IMG/VR virus record: IMGVR_UViG_3300023257_000094
Location: 1-28,059 of that record
Length of the DNA: 28,059 nt
Source of the DNA: a virus
Taxonomy: Duplodnaviria > Caudoviricetes
Strand: one strand, 5' to 3'
Shown: positions 25,652-28,059 of the stretch, piece by piece
How positions within the stretch are numbered: the first letter of the stretch is position 1
How the letters are laid out: each line of letters opens with the position of its first letter
Translations under genes and position numbers: made by a program
Notes under the pieces: generated by a model
Databases searched by the model: none
Told to the model about the DNA's origin: nothing
The model's input: only the letters and a program-made list of their open reading frames with translations

Positions 25652-26785
25652 TTATTGTAAAAGTAAAGACCTTTTTGCTCTATAGGCAGTTTCAAGTTCG
25701 CTAGCTCTTTGTTTTTCTGACACTAACTTACTACGCTCTAAGCTTCCTTCAATACCATCAGATAGTGAATATAGTGGTTGTTCTTCACCAAACTCTGCTT
25801 CTCTTTGACCAGCTATAAATGTTGGGCGTGCTAATCCTTGTGATGCACCAAGTCCTTGTCCAAGTGCTTCACTTCCTAAGAATCTTTCACCTGCTAATAC
25901 AGATTCACCCATACCAAATCGTAAAGAATCTCGTGATCGACCTACGTCACGATTTGCTTGTTCTGCTAATTTACGTTCTGATTCTTGTCGTCTACCAGAA
26001 AATGTTAATCCACGTTCAGCAGATCCTGCAGCGATTTCATCATACGTATCTTCTACTCCTCTAGTATAATCTGCTTCTTGTTGTTCTTGTAGTTTTAGAT
26101 TACGAGAAAAATTAGTTTTAAGATCTGTAATAGCATCATCTGTTATACGTTGATAGTAGGGATCCATTTCTATTTTAGCTTGCTCTAAGAATCCAGCAGC
26201 TATCTCTGGAGTTATTTCAATATCAGGTAGTGGTTGTTCTCCCTTTGCGATAATGCCATCAAGTTGAATTTCAAGTTGGTCTAATATTTCATTGAGTGGC
26301 CCGGGAATATCTACACGACCGGGTTTTCTTAATACATATCCAACACCATCTTCCCATGCGTAACTCAAATTCCTCATAGCATCTTGCTTCCTTTGATCTC
26401 CAATATGCTTTAAGTCAGATGTATTAATTGGTGCAGGTGCTACAGCTCTAGGAATAATTGGTTTAGGTGGAGCTTTCATCGTAACACTTGTACCACTAGG
26501 GCTAGATGCTGGTTTTGTAAGCACTGGTTTTACACTAAAGGTTGTTTTAACCGTACCTGCTCTTGGATCAACTATAGTTACTCTTGAACCCTTACCTGCT
26601 CCATATATATTTTGAGTGTTCTTTAGAAGAGCACGTTCTAATTCACGTGTTCCTTTCCCATACCACATCTCTTGCTCTGGAAGAGATGGTGTACGACCAA
26701 AGTATGCTCGATAATAACCATCGATTATTTTTCGAGATGTTTCATTCTTTGGTAGTTGATAATTATTATCTGATTGTGTTGCCAT
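25652..26785 (-). CDS. Internal virion/pilot-like protein
   Basis: DPYY..coiled coil..AERGLTFSG motif. Confidence 0.65.
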   Translation of the reverse strand: MATQSDNNYQLPKNETSRKIIDGYYRAYFGRTPSLPEQEMWYGKGTRELERALLKNTQNIYGAGKGSRVTIVDPRAGTVKTTFSVKPVLTKPASSPSGTSVTMKAPPKPIIPRAVAPAPINTSDLKHIGDQRKQDAMRNLSYAWEDGVGYVLRKPGRVDIPGPLNEILDQLEIQLDGIIAKGEQPLPDIEITPEIAAGFLEQAKIEMDPYYQRITDDAITDLKTNFSRNLKLQEQQEADYTRGVEDTYDEIAAGSAERGLTFSGRRQESERKLAEQANRDVGRSRDSLRFGMGESVLAGERFLGSEALGQGLGASQGLARPTFIAGQREAEFGEEQPLYSLSDGIEGSLERSKLVSEKQRASELETAYRAKRSLLLQ

Positions 26786-26802
26786 ATATTATTTGTTATT
26801 TA

Positions 26803-27072
26803 TTATATAAATTTTATAAGTCCAACTATTGCGGCTATAAGAAGTAGAATTATTGAAACAAGAATACTAATATATTGCTTCTTATTTGAAAGCATAAAAT
26901 CAACAATAGATTCCCTTAGATCACTTACCTCTTTTTTCACTTCTTCAATCTGATGTGGTAAATGATTCTCTACACGTTTTTTAATGTAACTAACAGTCTC
27001 TTTAGTGTATTTATTATCTGCCTCGAGGGTAGTCACTCTTTCGTGTATTTTTATTTTGTCTCCGTTTTCCAT
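26803..27072 (-). CDS. Coiled-coil protein with a C-terminal TM helix (holin/XhlA-like)
   Basis: HERVTTLEA..NHLPH..ISILVSIILLLIAAIVGLI. Confidence 0.65.
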   Translation of the reverse strand: MENGDKIKIHERVTTLEADNKYTKETVSYIKKRVENHLPHQIEEVKKEVSDLRESIVDFMLSNKKQYISILVSIILLLIAAIVGLIKFI

Positions 27073-27094
27073 AATTATTTGATTAGATTTTCGT

Positions 27095-28057
27095 TTAGTC
27101 TTTAGCTATTAATTCTCCCTCAAACCAAGTAAGGTCTGTATCACCTTCGTACGTTGGGCTTCCAGCACCTGCTTCATAGTTTGTTACCCAGAAGTCATCA
27201 CCAGCGTCAAGTTTAACCAAAGTTGTTGATTGAAATGCTTGACCACCAGTAGACGCTGCTTCCCTTCTATATTTTCGTATAACAGTTCCTTCATGAAGGA
27301 AGTTGATACCATATCTTATATTTGCTATTGTTGTTGTTATCCAAAGTTGGCAAGTAAATCTATATTTACCAGAAACTGGTGCGGTAAATTTACCAGTACC
27401 AGTTGCATAGTTACTACCATCATCAAATTCTTCTGCATTAAATACTATTGTTGAACTATCTCCGTAAGAAGTATTACTCGAAAGGTATGCTCTGAAGCCT
27501 ATAAACTGTGGTTTAACATCTCCACTTGTTACAGTAAATGAATCTTCATCAAAGCTTGCTATTCCTTTTACTGAACTTGTTGCTAAATCATCTTCTGTGA
27601 TAACTTCTTTCCATGATGCTGATGCTCCTTCGTAATAGACTGGCTTATCTTTTGTTGAATCGTAAGTAATAGACCCCTCTTCAATTTCAAGTGGAGAATC
27701 TCCAGAATAAACACGAACTTTAACGTGGTCTAAGGATGTTGTTGTTCCATCCCATTTAGCTTCTGATATTACTTCAATTCCAGTGATTACTTTTCCAACA
27801 GCGATTTCTCCATCAAAAGCAAAGTCATAAAAATCTACCCAATTAAATGAGGTTGCTGAACCAGCATAAAGTCTTAGTCTAAAATTAGCGTCATGAACAT
27901 CACTACCAACCCAAGTTGTTGACCACAATTCAGTTGTACCATCTCCAAATGTTTTCTCAGCCTCAGCTCCCGTATGTGTTACTGAAATTGTTTCTTCCCA
28001 CGTTGTTCCTCCGTCTTTAGATAGTTTTACATAAATATTACCGTTTGGTGCGGTATG
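27095..28057 (-). CDS. Tail fibre/receptor-binding protein with a C-terminal C1q-like domain (5' end outside the window)
   Basis: Frame is open to the window edge; FRAY..IVFNAEEFD.GSNY..TGKFTAPVSGKYRF..LDAGD..TWFEG. Confidence 0.8.
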   Translation of the reverse strand, partial: HTAPNGNIYVKLSKDGGTTWEETISVTHTGAEAEKTFGDGTTELWSTTWVGSDVHDANFRLRLYAGSATSFNWVDFYDFAFDGEIAVGKVITGIEVISEAKWDGTTTSLDHVKVRVYSGDSPLEIEEGSITYDSTKDKPVYYEGASASWKEVITEDDLATSSVKGIASFDEDSFTVTSGDVKPQFIGFRAYLSSNTSYGDSSTIVFNAEEFDDGSNYATGTGKFTAPVSGKYRFTCQLWITTTIANIRYGINFLHEGTVIRKYRREAASTGGQAFQSTTLVKLDAGDDFWVTNYEAGAGSPTYEGDTDLTWFEGELIAKD

Positions 28058-28059
28058 AG

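Noticed and set aside
27095-27500. Diversity-generating retroelement target in the tail fibre
   Set aside because: No reverse transcriptase or template repeat in the window
1-28059. Stop-codon reassignment
   Set aside because: Long genes are intact in code 11, and TAA, TAG and TGA all end well-defined genes

Overview
A 28-kb segment of an AT-rich dsDNA tailed phage, probably podovirus-like (P22-type portal, large internal/ejection proteins, no tape-measure gene visible), read in the standard genetic code. The left arm (minus strand, 1-5.7 kb) has a holin-like gene, a KhpA-type KH protein, tRNA-Thr(TGT), a small terminase, a large terminase with a class-3-type LAGLIDADG intein, and the 5' part of the portal. 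A divergent control region (5.7-6.2 kb) carries two sigma70-like promoters and origin-like repeats. The plus-strand early/replication arm (6.2-16.8 kb) has an RHH regulator, a 3D-domain protein, a PD-(D/E)XK exonuclease, a Zn-finger protein with an SSB-like tail, a replisome-organiser N-domain, HNH genes, a C5 DNA methyltransferase, a pentapeptide-repeat protein and a Holliday-junction resolvase. The right arm (minus strand) has a C1q tail fibre, a membrane protein, three internal virion proteins (the largest with an ART-like cassette), a metallophosphoesterase and an M23 endolysin. The most striking locus is the methyltransferase, which has been invaded twice by promoter-bearing HNH genes with no visible intron or intein. 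One HNH gene is nested in another reading frame while the MTase frame stays open. The other splits the gene, and the downstream piece is coded in two overlapping frames. A Patescibacteria (CPR) host is an inference from the KH gene and the apparent lack of Shine-Dalgarno motifs. All family calls are from motif recognition by eye; no searches were run.
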